Below the pieces are notes generated by a model. It searched no databases. It worked only from the letters and a program-made list of their open reading frames with translations, and was not told the origin of the DNA. A DNA stretch of 64,000 bases from Phoronis australis (Eukaryota; Animalia; Phoronida), in contig NMRA01000292.1 of NCBI GenBank assembly GCA_002633005.1, forward strand, positions 474,404 through 538,403. Direction: 5' to 3'. Within the stretch, counting starts at the first letter, position 1. Every line of letters starts with the position of its first letter. This document shows, one piece after another, positions 24,704-37,975 of this stretch. The position numbers and the translations under genes are program-made.

Positions 24704-26170
24704 AGGCGAAGGCAACCTTTTTTCATGTCATTTTTAGCAAAAATAAGGTTCGTTGGTTAACCCAGACATATCTTATACTTAATTGTTATTAATATTAATT
24801 ACTCGTCCTCTACTCCGGAAGTGACGTTTTGGGAGGCAAGAATTTCGCGCCAATTTGGCTCTGCGTTGAGTTTAGTGTGAGGATTTGTACTACTTTTGTT
24901 TTCGGGCTGTTCTTCTAAAATTGTCGTCACCACTACCCATCGACGAGTTTTCTACGACAAACTAGGTTGTTAGGGAACCCAATTACGTTGTATTAATCTG
25001 AAAATGACTGGAGTCCGCGGCCCACATCACATTGACAGTAGTGACGTGAGTAACGGAGACATTGTTCATATAGCAGTGGTGACGAGGAATTTTTTCACAG
25101 ACAGTTAGTGGGTGGGTATACTTTGTATGTTTGAGCCCGAGTATAATGAGGCTGAGTATGCACAGGCACAACTGTACTTGCCCCAGTGTCTCGCGACACA
25201 CTCCCACTGAATGGTGACCTGAGCACCCAAAATGCTTACATCCCGCAGTGTGACTCCCTCGCTACACACCAGGCACTTTCTAAATAGCTCCAATACTTTA
25301 GACAAGTCCACAATAAACCTATCAAAGTTTGGCTCGCCGACATGTTTGTTGGACGACGAACTTTCCTCTTCACTGGGTGTCGAACTGGGCCTGTATTCAC
25401 TCCCACAACTCAGCATCGCTGCAGGGCTGCTCACAGGCTCTGTGTTAGAAACAACAGCACAGGGCGAATCACTGCTAGTTCCCAGAATTGCACGCTCTGT
25501 ACCTTCGGAGGCACGGGTGACAGTAGATGAAGTGCCTCAGTTACTGTAGTGGCCATAAATCGCGAGGCTTCTCGCTTCGATAACGCACTTCTCGGGGGTG
25601 GCGGCGGAGCACCGCCGGGAATCAACAGCTACGGTATCGCACCCTTCTTCAGGCTTTGTTTCGCAGAGACCTTTATCAATTCAGCGTACATATACCTCTC
25701 GTAATCTGACGGCAGAAAATGCTTGCCATACACTGCTTTGAACGTTGCGTTGACGGGTAACGCTGCATTCTTCACACGAGCGAGCCAAGTTCGGCAAAGT
25801 GTGTCATCCTTTGGAAAGCGATGCAAAGCCTGGTATTCCCAAAGCGCGCGTGAGACGATAATGAGTACTTCCCGGTACGCAGCAACAGAGTGGCATGTTG
25901 TCTGACTTTGTAAACAAAAGCAAACGACGTCGGACCGAACTTATCACAACCGAGGTAGAACGATGACTGACTCGACAGCTCTCACAGTCAGACTACATGA
26001 AAAGAAATTGGCGCGAAATTCTTGCCTCCTAAAACGTCACTTCCGGAGTAGAGCACGAGTAATTAATTAATTAAATTACGAAAAGCTGTAATTAAGTGAA
26101 AAATATGTCTGGGATAACCAACGAACCTTATTTTTGCTAAAAATGACATGAAAAAAGGTTGCCTTCGCCT
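24704..26170. mobile_element. Kolobok DNA transposon, internally deleted (1467 bp)
   Basis: TTAA TSDs (24700-03, 26171-74); AG...CT termini; about 150-bp TIRs starting aggcgaaggcaaccttttttcatgtcattttt; internal THAP-transposase relic. Confidence 0.88.
25170..25896 (-). pseudogene. Kolobok transposase N-terminal relic (THAP plus Cys/His motif)
   Basis: MPLCCCVPG.. then frameshift to LHRFPKDDTLCRTWLARVKN...GKHF...LKKGAIP (THAP), then RFIVDLSKVLELFRKCLVC...GAQVTIQWECVARHW. The DDE core is absent. Confidence 0.8.
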
Positions 26171-26635
26171 TTAAGATATACATGGTGTCCAAAACTCAAA
26201 ACCCTGGAGATAGTTCCCCTTCATAAAGCTTCGTAAGTTAGCACTTATAATTTTATAGATAGTTCTGTCATGTTAATCAAGCTAATTCTAGCCAATCAGG
26301 TCAGGGTAGCATGTACAGCGAGAGTCATCTCAGACCCACAAACATTTGTTGTGAAAGAAAACGTTATATACAGAACGAACGAGGAAGTGTCGGTCTCTGA
26401 TAAAAACGTATAGCATAGACTTCACGATTAGATGGTTATACGCCTACATAAACCGTAGACTACCGTAATTATAAAGTATCTGTGAGTAAATAAGCACAAA
26501 GTGAAAGCTATTCAACTTCACGTTTCGCAAATACTCAACATTTTATTTCATTTAATAGTAGCTAATGTGAATTAACAATTCAACGTGGAACTATATCGGA
26601 ACACGATTTGCGGAAACGTCATCCAAGATACTTAA

Positions 26636-28264
26636 AGGAGAATGCCTCCCTATTTAATTAGTCTTTTTTACCGTCTTAATCGGTCTATATCCACATCGCC
26701 TCTTACACGGTCGACCTCACCTTGCCGGGAGGTGTCGCGTTAACCTGCGATGAAGGTGAGAAACGACGCAGCGACGTCAGTGGTTCGTCTGGAGAGTGAA
26801 TGCCACTATATTGCGGTACCTCGTTCCCGCTTGTCCGAACTATGAAGCTGTGAAGAAAGCGGGTATATCGTTTTCTGGACTTCCTCGAGGGCCCGAAATG
26901 CTTAGGAAGTGGCTCGCGGTAGTGAAAAATGAAAGGTAGGCTGTTAATAGCAAGTATGATACCGTGAAACATCTCCGTGTCTGTGGCCAGCATTTCGTCG
27001 ACAGTAATTTCTCTGACAAATGCCGGCTTACCAAAGAACTATCCATACGTTCCGTTGCCTGCGCATGTTCACGGCGCCTCTCTAGTATTCCTTGTATTAC
27101 GGTTCGAACTGATAGCCTGTGAAACCTAACGATCCGACCCGTGAAGTCTTCGTCGCCTGAGCGAGTTGCCATGTAGACGTTTATTATTCTGCGTTCTGTT
27201 TCAAAATGAATTATTCTCATCCTAGCCAATGCTTACATGAAACTGAAACAAAGTCTGTCTCATTAGATACAATTTGTAATGCCTTGGAGTGCTCGTGAGT
27301 GCAAATGTTTTGAGAAGCCAGCAATGGATAAACCACTGCGTTACCGGCTTTTGAGGCCGCCAACAAAGGTAATTGACCGGGCACCGAGGCCGTGTGAGCG
27401 CATGCTAATTCAGTGTTTGTTGACAGAAAGCTGTTGTGAAACAATTACTCGATTTTATATGCTATGGTCACATGTTAGGGAAATCTTTATTTAGAAATAC
27501 AAATACATTATTCAAATCATTGTTATTGTAAACTTTTGCCCTGGAACAGGCGGGGAACCCCGGCGACATCGCGGCCCCCGACAAGTAAGTAGATTTTCAG
27601 TTTCGTGGCTAATTCATAAATAATTACGTGCACATTATTTCTTTGGCTCACTATTATAGTCTTTTCGTGACTGGAGTTTTAGTTTCCAACTCAAGCTGGT
27701 TTATGTTTGTGCCAGTCCCAGCGGCTGCGACGGGCCTGATCGGGTTCCGAGCCACTGGCCGAGATAAGAAGCGTTTCGAGTGTTTAGAACTCAAAAAATC
27801 ACAAGTATAACAACACAGATGTACGTTCTCCTGTCTGTATTTCATGGAAAAATGCTTCGAATTTATCTCCGAACAGAATCCAGATTCCTTAGTGCTACGA
27901 TCCTTGGTAAATTGGCCTAGTGCCGAACTTTGTAGGCTGCGGTGTTTCCAAATACAAGTAAATCCGTAACAGCGAAATAAAACAACACGTTTTTATAAGA
28001 ACTTGGTGTATTTTTAAGGGTTTTATATCGAAGTTTGATGATTTATTGGTGTTAAACGATGAATTCAAGCGATAAGCTGATACCAGTAACCCGTGTTGTG
28101 AACTGCTGAACAGAGTGCGGGTGAAACCAATTACGTCATTGGATAATTTCAAAACCTCCGTCTGCCGTCAGGTGTCAGGTAACACAACTGAACGTGCTGT
28201 TGTCGAGTAGAACTACTCCATCTAAATTGATACAAAATAGGTTGTTTTTGGGTAGCATTCTCCT
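26636..28264. mobile_element. Kolobok non-autonomous element, family 2, copy 1 (1629 bp)
   Basis: TTAA TSDs (26632-35, 28265-68); TIR aggagaatgc/gcattctcct. THAP relic on + at 26800-27011 (MPLYC..VPACPN..SFSGLP..KW..RVCGQHF) converges on an accessory-gene relic on - (MATRSGDEDF..GYQFEP). Confidence 0.85.
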
Positions 28265-29103
28265 TTAACACCAGACCATCACTGTGCACTACAAAAAATC
28301 AAATGCAATTGTGTGGAAGTAATTGTTCCATTATTTTTTACCGGTACACTTGCAAAGGACTTCTACCATATTGGCTTTGCACTTGTGGAACTTAGCAACG
28401 GTAACTACGGTAGGTTTCCTTTCGTCATAAGGGACCGCTCTCTGAGGGACAATGGTCACACTTTTCTTGTTTGAAATGGAGCACCATATCATATTAAGTT
28501 CCCCTCTCGGAGGGTTCCCATTTGAAGGGAACCCGAGGTGGAGGGAACCCGAGGCTAACTGCGTTTTACCATCCTGTAAATCTGGAACCGTCAATTGACC
28601 TTGGAAAGTTACTAAAATGCCAAAATGGCAGAGAAAATCTCAAAATATTTTTATGTAAACCACTTCAGCATTGCGGCCTGCGCCCCAAACAACCAAACGG
28701 TACTAAAAACAAATCCAATAAATCAGCATTTACCTGATGGAAGTTTTAAGAACTTGAAGACCGTTGTTTGTGAATTATACACACAAAGGCAATATTTCTG
28801 ATGGTTTTATTATGATAAAAATCTTCGTTGAAAATGTGACGGGACGTTCGTAACTTTACTCTTATTGTTATTCTTAATTAGTTGCAAATGTTCAGTTATT
28901 CTTATGCTAATGCCTTTGTTACGTGGGCATGTGGGTGCGACCGTATGTGTCGGGCACTTCGCTAGCGACAGGCTTAGGAGAAGGGTGTTTCCTTCCTTTG
29001 CTTTCATGAAAGTTGATCGTTATCATGTGCAATTGAACTGAAACGTATGCCTGATGAGAGGAAATACATATTTTTGATGTTCAGTGGAGACTTGCTCTGT
29101 TAC

Positions 29104-29223
29104 AAAAACACGATTAAACTTTTTGTTTGAAAGCTTGATACAGAGTCGCTCGTATGTCTCGATTTCATGACACTTCAAGTTACTCTGTATCAAGCTTTCA
29201 AACAAAAAGTTTAATCGTGTTTT
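29104..29223. repeat. Inverted repeat (arms of about 42 bp, near perfect) with a second hairpin at about 29277-29329
   Basis: aaaacacgattaaactttttgtttgaaagcttgatacagagt ... actctgtatcaagctttcaaacaaaaagtttaatcgtgtttt. Confidence 0.8.
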
Positions 29224-30626
29224 CAACGAAGTTTGTGTTAACAAAGAGCTGCTACCGAACTATACTAATGACAAAAATATCGACATTTTGCCCAAACATT
29301 TTTTAAGATTTGGGTAAAATGTCGATATTGAAGACCGTTGCTAGAACCACATTATTTATGAAGAGGGAGAGTTCATGTGATACTCGCTGTGTAGATCAAA
29401 CCGGAGGGGTTGGATCATTTTAGTTTTCGACAAGGTATTCCTCGAAAAAATCGGTTATGGCTGATAAAAATAGAACCGATTGACGGCTTTGCGTGAAGCC
29501 CTATCCCTGGTTACACTGAACTGCACAACTATTCGATCGCGCGATTGGTCTACGACATGGTATAGGCAAAATCAGTCTCTAGTCTGTCTCCACGAAATTT
29601 CTTTGATTTTGAAGTGGTTGTAGAAACACTCTGCTCGTAGATTGAGTACATTCTTAAGCGACAAACAGTAACTGTTTGCGACCTTTGGCGTTTCATAATA
29701 CTGGACTACTTCACGATCAGGCTTTAAAGTTCCAGCATGAGTTAGAATGGCAAAGCATCGTAATACCAAAAGTCTCTAGTTACTTTCCACCCCTGGTATT
29801 CCAAAGAACTGACAGTTCGTTGTACCTCAGTCGAGACCATGCTTGTTGAATTTTAATTTTAAAAAAGTTACGCCGTGACAAGTCAACTTGAAGAGTTCGG
29901 CTTCAATCAATAATGAGCAACCAGTTCTTTTCAAGACCAAAATCCGCCCATAAACCTTGACTAAGGAACAATTTGAGGCTGATTTTATTACGAAATCGGT
30001 CTAAACAAAACTTGTTTTTGTGACGGAAGGCGGTTTCTTTAATTGCTCTAACAGCATTCCTCACAATCTCGTGACATATCATGAGAAATACGTATTGAAA
30101 AAATTTTTGCTGAGCCCTGTATATTTTGGAGGACTGGTCTCGTATACTTTTCAGTCCTGCTGTGGGAATTTTTTTACCAAATTTGATTCACGCACTCGCA
30201 CAGTGCGCATTCCGTGATTAGGGTTGAATTAGGTCAGTCGTCTTGGATAGCATAAATAAAATGAACATGATGTCTTGCATTTATGTTATGGGCCCGACTT
30301 TTGAGGCCTGCGCACGTTCGATGCTATTAAGGTATTAGACTCCCTGCATAATTTTTATGTCTCGGTTTTCATGACACTTGCGCCCTCTTTTGACAACGAT
30401 GCAAAAAGGGGTCTTGTTTTTTGCTGTCCGATGTGATTAATCGAAGGCCTCAGGTGGTCCTCATGGCTGTTATATCTAACAATTGCCGTCACCAAGGAAA
30501 GTGATTGACTTCGCCAGGTGGTTTCAGTTTTTGAATCAAATGACGTAAACTTTTCATATCCTTACTGATGAGCAAATTGTGACGTTTGTGCCTATTTTTT
30601 CTTCACGTATTCTATAAAGTTTATAA

Positions 30627-30983
30627 ATGGATTGTGAGACAAAACGGAAAAGCAAAGGTGATTGTGAACTAAAATTTCCAAGAATCTCGACACACCCTTT
30701 AAGGGGAAACACATCTCCTGTTATCAAAGTTGTTGAAAATGAAATATCATTTCCTAAAGTGCCTGATTGGTCATCGTCACGAGAATTTCAAGTGGGCAAC
30801 AACCAATCAAAGACACGAGTGTGGAAAAGTAGACACAAACGCAAACGCGTTGCTCTATTGCAGTGCGATCATGAACAAGCAGCCGGGAGACGGCGCTCAT
30901 TGCGTCGAGCGTCAGCGCGCACTGTTGATGCGGCCGTCCAAGTAAAAGCCCCTGAAGAAGGGAAGGACGAAAGAAAACTGAAG
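30627..30983 (+). CDS. Candidate first coding exon (disordered, basic), possibly the 5' end of the CNB-domain gene
   Basis: ATG-initiated 119-codon ORF (MDCETKRKSKG...KFPRIS...) ending at a possible AAG|gtataa donor. No recognisable domain; the link to downstream exons is unproven. Confidence 0.35.
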
Positions 30984-33900
30984 GTATAAACTCACAGGCT
31001 TTTCGCTTCAAGTTTCGCTAATTCAAGATGGACAATCTTTTTCTCTCACACATCGCACACCTGTTCTCACTAATAGGATTCTATTTGCAAGAGTATAAAT
31101 CTCTTCAGACAAATTTATTTCCTTCCTTTCTCACCATGATTCTTTTCTTACTAACGCATTGTGGTTTTCTCCGACTACGCTTCTTTTCCCACGAGCAATT
31201 TTAGGAGAAATATAACACTGTAAGTGTGGCAGACAAAATTTGTCTCTTTTGTAGGTAAATGTCTTTGTTCGATGACCAACGTGTTTTGAAAACTTAAATG
31301 AAGAAACGCAATTCGATTTTTAGCAGATAGACATGTAGGTCCTGGAAATCGCTCGTAAGTTCGTGTGTGTGTTGGGGAGTATTATTGAGTCAAACTCTTC
31401 ATCACTAAAATGACAACTGGCACCGATTCTATTCTCGTGCCATAATGCCTTCCTTGTTCAACAAATCGGAGTAGTACCTGATACGAAAGCTGTCGAAACC
31501 CTTCGCTCTTTGCGCGTTAAGTTACAACTGATGCATGATTCAGACCCCAGAGCGACTTGTTTCCAATCCCAGATCTGACATTGTGCTGACTTCTAAACGT
31601 GTTCAACCACTGTAAATGTTCTTTGTAGTAAATGTTTTCATCTATAACTGTCCTCGTTCACTGACAGCACTTTACTGGAGTTCCTATATCCAATACACCA
31701 TTCTCATGGCGTCAATTTCTAACATCCTATGATATTTCATAGTAGTCTAACACCAGGCAAAGATTTTCCATTTCAACCTGTGCCAAAATTGAATTACACC
31801 AAACCATCGCCTGAAGCATCCCGTCCATGTCCCTACCACCACTGAATGGGGCGCTGTCGTAGTGGCAGCCCATAAAGTTTTTTGGGCTCTGCGATAAACT
31901 ACATTAATATTATTGAGTCACTGAGTCAGGTGGACCAATATTTGAGAAGTACATTTCAATAATGGTTGAACCGAAGCATCGAACGGTGTATTAGAAAGTC
32001 TGCTGTATGATATTCCACCGAACACCGTACTTCGCCAACGAATTAGCAGATTTAGTGTGTTGATTAGTTAAAATTTAGTTGATTACATGTTTGATATTGT
32101 TTCACACTTCACTAATTTTTGCCAGACGTGAGGAAGATGACTTTTGGGCCGAAATTGTTGATATTTTCTGAAATTATTTCGACAGTTCTTCTGTTTTGTT
32201 AGCTTTTGCTTCATTGGGCTTCGTAACTATCAAAGGTAAAGTTTTGACTACAAAATTGTCTTCCACGGTCTTTCTCTTGTAGCCCCGTGTCTGTAAATAG
32301 ATATTTACAGACAGCTTACGCGTCTGGTACTAACGAATGAAGTCGGATTTAGATGTTGTTTCTACCGCGGGTACCAGAGTACAATCGAAAGATTTTCCGA
32401 TCATACCCCACCTACCTGATCACATCTTTACAACACGTTCATGCATGGCCTAACTGAACCACATTATCTTTCCGTTAGACAAGGATATGGACACGACTAA
32501 CAATGCGCAAAGTGGTAGGGGTTCTCCACCCTCGGAATTTTCCACACACTGATCGTACTAAAGGTAAGTCATCTGGGTTGACGTACCTAAGATTCTCGCC
32601 GTCCGGGGCGGTGGACAAAGGTGTTCCCCGCCCCGCCATCTTTGATGTACCATTCATATCTCTCGAATTACTTGACAATGCCTGGGGTTCTTTGGCTTGA
32701 TCCTTATGTTAACCGACGTGTTTATTTTTCATACTTCCACGCTTATTCATGGTCAAAGTCACGGGATAATTTCTAAATCACTGCTAACAGTCAGAACACG
32801 GTATGTATGTGCAAGTTTTGTAAGAAATTGTCATTCTTTTTGGATGTGTTGTACTGGAGCCTAACCTAGTGTTCCACCACCCACGTAAGCACGTGTTGCG
32901 CGTGCTCAAAACGCTACATAATTTCCACGAAAAGGAGGTGTTATTTCAATTACAAATTGTTTAAGGCAATGACTAAGCGGTAAAATTCCTAGATCAGGAT
33001 CGAAAAAGTATCTCAAAATGATCATTTGGACAAAGAATTCGATTGAGTTCTTATGAAACTTGAACATATATGCTGTGGTTTGAGTATTATGCGCGTTTTT
33101 GAGGAGAAGATTGTGGTGATTGGGAAATTATAACGTTACCTTGAACTTGTATAACCTTGAAATTATCAAAAATAAATTGGGCACCCTGGTTAACTCAAGA
33201 ATTGATCCAGAGAACATGAGATTCCTTCAAGTGGTTCGAGGGATATAAATAATTAAACTTGCAATTTGGTGTTACGCTCCCACTTGACAATTGCTGAGCA
33301 AAATCTCAGTCTTTTGCTCAAGTGAGATTTGATTGTTTTTGAGACATAATTATGGGAGCGTAAACCAAATTTCTGACTAAAGTCTTAATTCTCTTTTTAC
33401 CAAACGAATCCCTGGACTAAACCCCCAAGTGGTTGAAACCTCTTTCCAATACAAAGCCGCAGTTGCAAAATAAGCGCCATATTCGCAAGTAAATAATAGA
33501 AATTGCCATTCACACAAATAGCATATGATACACAAACGAAAACTTGATCACCGATTTGGTCCACGTTTACGTGTTTGCAAATCTGAAGTGTTTTGAACCA
33601 CACTTCTGCCTGGGGTCCTCCTGTAATTAAATTATTTACTCTTACCTTATATTAAAGTGCTTAAAATTACCAATTTCATATAACAAACACAAAAAAGAAC
33701 CCCACCAGACAACCAGTTGCCAAATTAGAACACCCACAAACACTGTCTGATGATATGTTAATGAGGTGGTCTCGAGTTACGAGTATTTATTGGTCGAAAC
33801 ATACTACGGGAAATGGGGACAACCAATCACAGCACTAGTCTTCCTTAATTGTGTTTGGTGTAATTAGTCGTCACAAATTGCTGCTCTTTTTTCCGTGAAC

Positions 33901-34927
33901 GTGGTATAGTAAAAATGGTGAGGCGTTGAGTTTGTGGTCGTTGTGACAACTCAGTATTTGTCCACGATGTAACTTCTTTAGCTTTCCCGCGAGTTATCGG
34001 AAAAGCGCGAATATGGCACAAGCTTTTACAAAAAAGCACGCATGATGGTGGACATGACACATAGGCGCTGGGTGCGTTCATAAGTCACACTTCTGCTCAT
34101 GGCGCTGAAAAACTTTCCCTTAAAGTCGTTTTTCTTCTATTTCCCGTTTTTGATATATGGAATTCATAGTTGTCCTTGATATGCAATATTATGTCTGAAG
34201 GTATAATGATGCTGACAATGCAGTCGTTTGTCAAAACACTAAGTGGTGATTTTAAGCACTTTACAGTCCAACACAGCTTAGAAAGATGTCGCTGGCTGGG
34301 TTTTTAAACTACTTTGCTCTGTGGGGGTTCGCTTGACCTAAAGTAACTCACCAGTTACAGGTCAGTCTTGGCTTAATGTCAATTCTCAAACATTGTATAC
34401 AATCTAAGAGTGAAGTTCTCTGTGCACAACTGACAAAGTTGACTTCCTTAAGATAATTTCTGCAAATTAAGGAAACAGTTTGAAATGAAGTGAGTTGCTG
34501 AAGCAGACAGGTCTGTATCAGTTGTCCAAATAACTACAAGACCCGACACCAGGCGCCTTAAAGTTAACAATGGAAGCTGCATGATAGCTGACCGACACTG
34601 CCCCAAGAGGGCGCACGTTATTTTTTTGTGCACCATTACGATACTGTGTTCTAAGTCAGGGACCTATTATGTAAAGAGTGCATGCCAAACTGCCCCCCAA
34701 CAGTCGTCTCTGTTTCCTACTCCCCAACAAATGAGAAGCCGCACATAAAAGCGAATTGAGCGCAACCCGTGCAAGGATCTATTTGACTACAAGGGGGCCT
34801 TCGATCAGGGAAAGCCTACTTTCTGGATAATCCGGCACTGGTAGCACAAAGAACTCCACTCTTAAATGTTGGATCAAGCCGAATGAACTTATTTGGTGAA
34901 ACTTTACAAAATCTGTTTCACGGTCAG

Positions 34928-35091
34928 GATTCGAGGCTAAAGTCGGCGGCGAAATTATAACATTTGATGTGAACGAATACAAGCGTCGTGGTCATTCGGG
35001 CAACCCGCTCAGCATGCTACGTCGTAGCACTTGTATACTGCTACTGAAGTTTCCAGAACGAAGGACACTTGAGGACATTAGGAACATACAC
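34928..35091 (+). CDS. CNBD1/2-like gene, exon a (pre-CNB region); 5' boundary uncertain
   Basis: FEAKVGGEIITFDVNEYKRR...LLLKFPERRTLEDIRNIH|gtaggc. The TFD..Y/FK and P..RT.EDI motifs typically precede CNB-A. Phase 0 joins the next exon. Confidence 0.75.
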
Positions 35092-37133
35092 GTAGGCATT
35101 GTTAAAAGTGTTATAAACCGACCTTCCGTCAAAAACAAATGATTTAGAATACGTAGTCGTCATGGAAATGGTCTTATCTTATTCCTTAAAAAGTTCCTAC
35201 AACGGCTTTTTGCACTTTTTGAGGCTTTAGATGGTGTAAAATAAATTTTCATATGAAATCCAACAAAAGAAACACTTATTTTAGGAAATAAATGAGGAAT
35301 TGTGAATTTGAAAAATGATGATTTTTGGTTTTCCGCCACGTGATGTCATCAGTGGAAGGCGTTGATCAGTTGACTGCATTTATGGAATAGCGGATTGTAG
35401 TAAAACTAGAAAAACTAAAACGACGAGCGTCGGATAGTAGTGATTTTGTAAGATACGATGACTTAAAGAGCGAGCTTGGCGAGTATTATGAAGATATGTA
35501 TGGAGATGGGGATGAAAAGGACACCCAAGGCAAAGGTATAATAGAAAATGAGAGCTTGCCATAGCGACAGATTTTGCGTGTTTGAGGCCGTACTAACTCG
35601 ACAGTTCCGCACCGGCGTCTTCGGCGGAGCCTACTCCGCCTGTTTATGGTGTCAGTTGGCACAAATCAACTAGGTTGTCTACGTGTGCATTTATAGAACT
35701 TCTTGCTGTTGAGCTGTCCCGTGCCTGAGGAAATTTGGATTTCGTGAATGTGACTTCTTAAAATCATAATTATGATCTGTTTAACATTCGATCTATCCCT
35801 TCAAGACTAGAACACGATCGGATTTTTATCAGGTCTCGCGACTTTAATCGGCGACTACTTGTGTCAATTCAACAAGTACGCACCATGCGATTTTTCGTCG
35901 TGACCGAACAAACATATCTAATACTAGCTGTATACGAAACGATTTTTTATCGCCGATATTGCACAATTGTCTTTACTTAAGTTAGAGTTGATTTCTTGGC
36001 TGGGAAAGAAATGTTGTTCGTTAAATTAATTCTGTGGTTCCAGGTGGGTGGTCTTTCTCCACATTTTTGTAATCTCACCTTAGGTTAGTCACGCTTGCAA
36101 GTTTAGCACCTCATAAGGAGTGGTTTTTGATATCTGCCCCAAACATTTAGAGTTGACGAGACTTTCAGAGAACTAGATGGGAGAGTCGCTGCTGATAACA
36201 GATAAGGCCAAAATCGGGCTTAGTGTCCTTTTAAATGTATCACACGTGTTCTTAAATGTTGAGTCATTATTGGGTATGACTTTTAACCGATTTCTCGCCT
36301 TGGTGTTAGGGAAGTAACAATTCCGTCCCAGATAAATCTACGTGTGGTTTTAAGGCGTAAAAATGAAAACAAGGAAATATTTTGAGTACTAAATATACTG
36401 ATACACAGTACGTTGTGTTCAACCAATTAAACCTGCTCAGACAACACGGAAATTGATAAAACACCTATTCTTATATTTAAAAAGAGGATCAGTTACTCTT
36501 AGATATTTAAAGACCTGTGTTCCCATGTCTACTGTTAGAGAGGAGAATATTGCGCCAGGAAATAGTCGGAAAACGTAACGTTTGAGCATTTAGTATTCTA
36601 GGGAAGTTGAAACAAAATTTGACAAAATTCACATCCACTTTAGAGGTCTAAAATAGTCTACGAGACGAGAACGAGTTTGGTGTGACAGAGTCCTACACCA
36701 AGGTAATTCTCATTAAGTTCAAACCCTTCCAAAGTTGTGAAACGGGTTGTAAAAGACGGAAACGGGAAATTGTGGCCACAAACATGCATCAAATGCAATT
36801 CTCTCCATGGGTTCCCACTCAAGTTGCCTGTTACTATTGTCTCCAGCGTTATTAAGTCACCACTCAATTTTATGCTGTTGTCAAAATTCTTGAGACCGCA
36901 GTGAGAACTATATTAATGTTTCTCAACTGTGGCCAATACATGGAATGAATACTACGCCACCTATTGGGTTCTTACTCGGATCATAACAAGTCATGTTCTA
37001 AGGTTGGTCAGAACATGAAATCAGAAATTGAAGTACGAACTTAAATTTGTTGACTATTTTTCGATGTATCTAGCCAAAATTGCGGCTGGAACATGAACGC
37101 GACCTCGTTTGAAACATTATTTTTTATTTCTAG

Positions 37134-37323
37134 TTTACTATTCAGAAGATGGGTCTTTTCAATGTGTTTAGACCAAAGCTGCAACTGGAACTAGCCCGTG
37201 TGTTGGTTCTTTGTGACGTGAAGCACGGGACTGTTATCATACGTCAGGGACAGCAGTCATGTTACATCTATTACATTTTGAGAGGCTTCATAGCTGTCAC
37301 CAAAACCATAAATCTTCCAGACG
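37134..37323 (+). CDS. CNBD1/2-like gene, exon b (CNB domain A, first half)
   Basis: tttctag|TTT...GAC G|gtaaag; FTIQKMGLFNVFRPKLQLELARVLVLCDVKHGTVIIRQGQQSCYIYYILRGFIAV (IIRQG...YYILRG CNB motif). Confidence 0.9.
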
Positions 37324-37975
37324 GTAAAGTGTACTTCTGTTCCATTCATCTCATGACGTAATCGTCCAACGTTAAATTGTCGATTTACAGTTCCTCTTAC
37401 CAACATCACGAATTTTGGGAAATCTGTATAAAAACGCTATTGACCTTATAAAGATAACAAAACCTTATGCTCGTGCATGCCTGACAGAGATTTGTGGGAT
37501 ACTTTCTAGCCTCGTTCCAGTCTTCATTCGCGTGAGCAGTTGGCCGGAAATGTAGATGTAACTTGTAATTTCTCGGGGCGGGCTGAGAATGAACGACTTC
37601 CTAGTACAATCGAGTGCTCGTATATAAGTGTCCCTCTATCAGTAATAAGTGTCAATGCACGTCACTTCCCTTCCCCCCAAATTTGTCGTTCTAGATATGT
37701 ATAAATGTAACCGTAACAATACCCATGGTCGCTGGTACTAATTTGAGACAAACAGGGGTTACTTTGCTGCAACGGTAGAGAAACGCGCCCTTCCACCTCT
37801 GCACATTTATTCTGAATGGCAGATGTTCAATACAAGGCAGTCGATCAGCCTGTTTAAGACTTGGACAACTGTTAGATAATGCACGTTCCTTTGTTGCTTC
37901 AAAAATGCATTGCTTGATGCTTAGAAGTCTTACGCAGCGCTAATTAAGTCAGGCTGCAGACTTGGCAAACTTTAA

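Noticed and set aside
26703-26993. ORF of about 97 aa open in both Kolobok copies (also 39587-39883), suggesting a conserved novel protein
   Set aside because: It is the antisense shadow of the THAP relic on the opposite strand; the similarity reflects the repeat, not selection.
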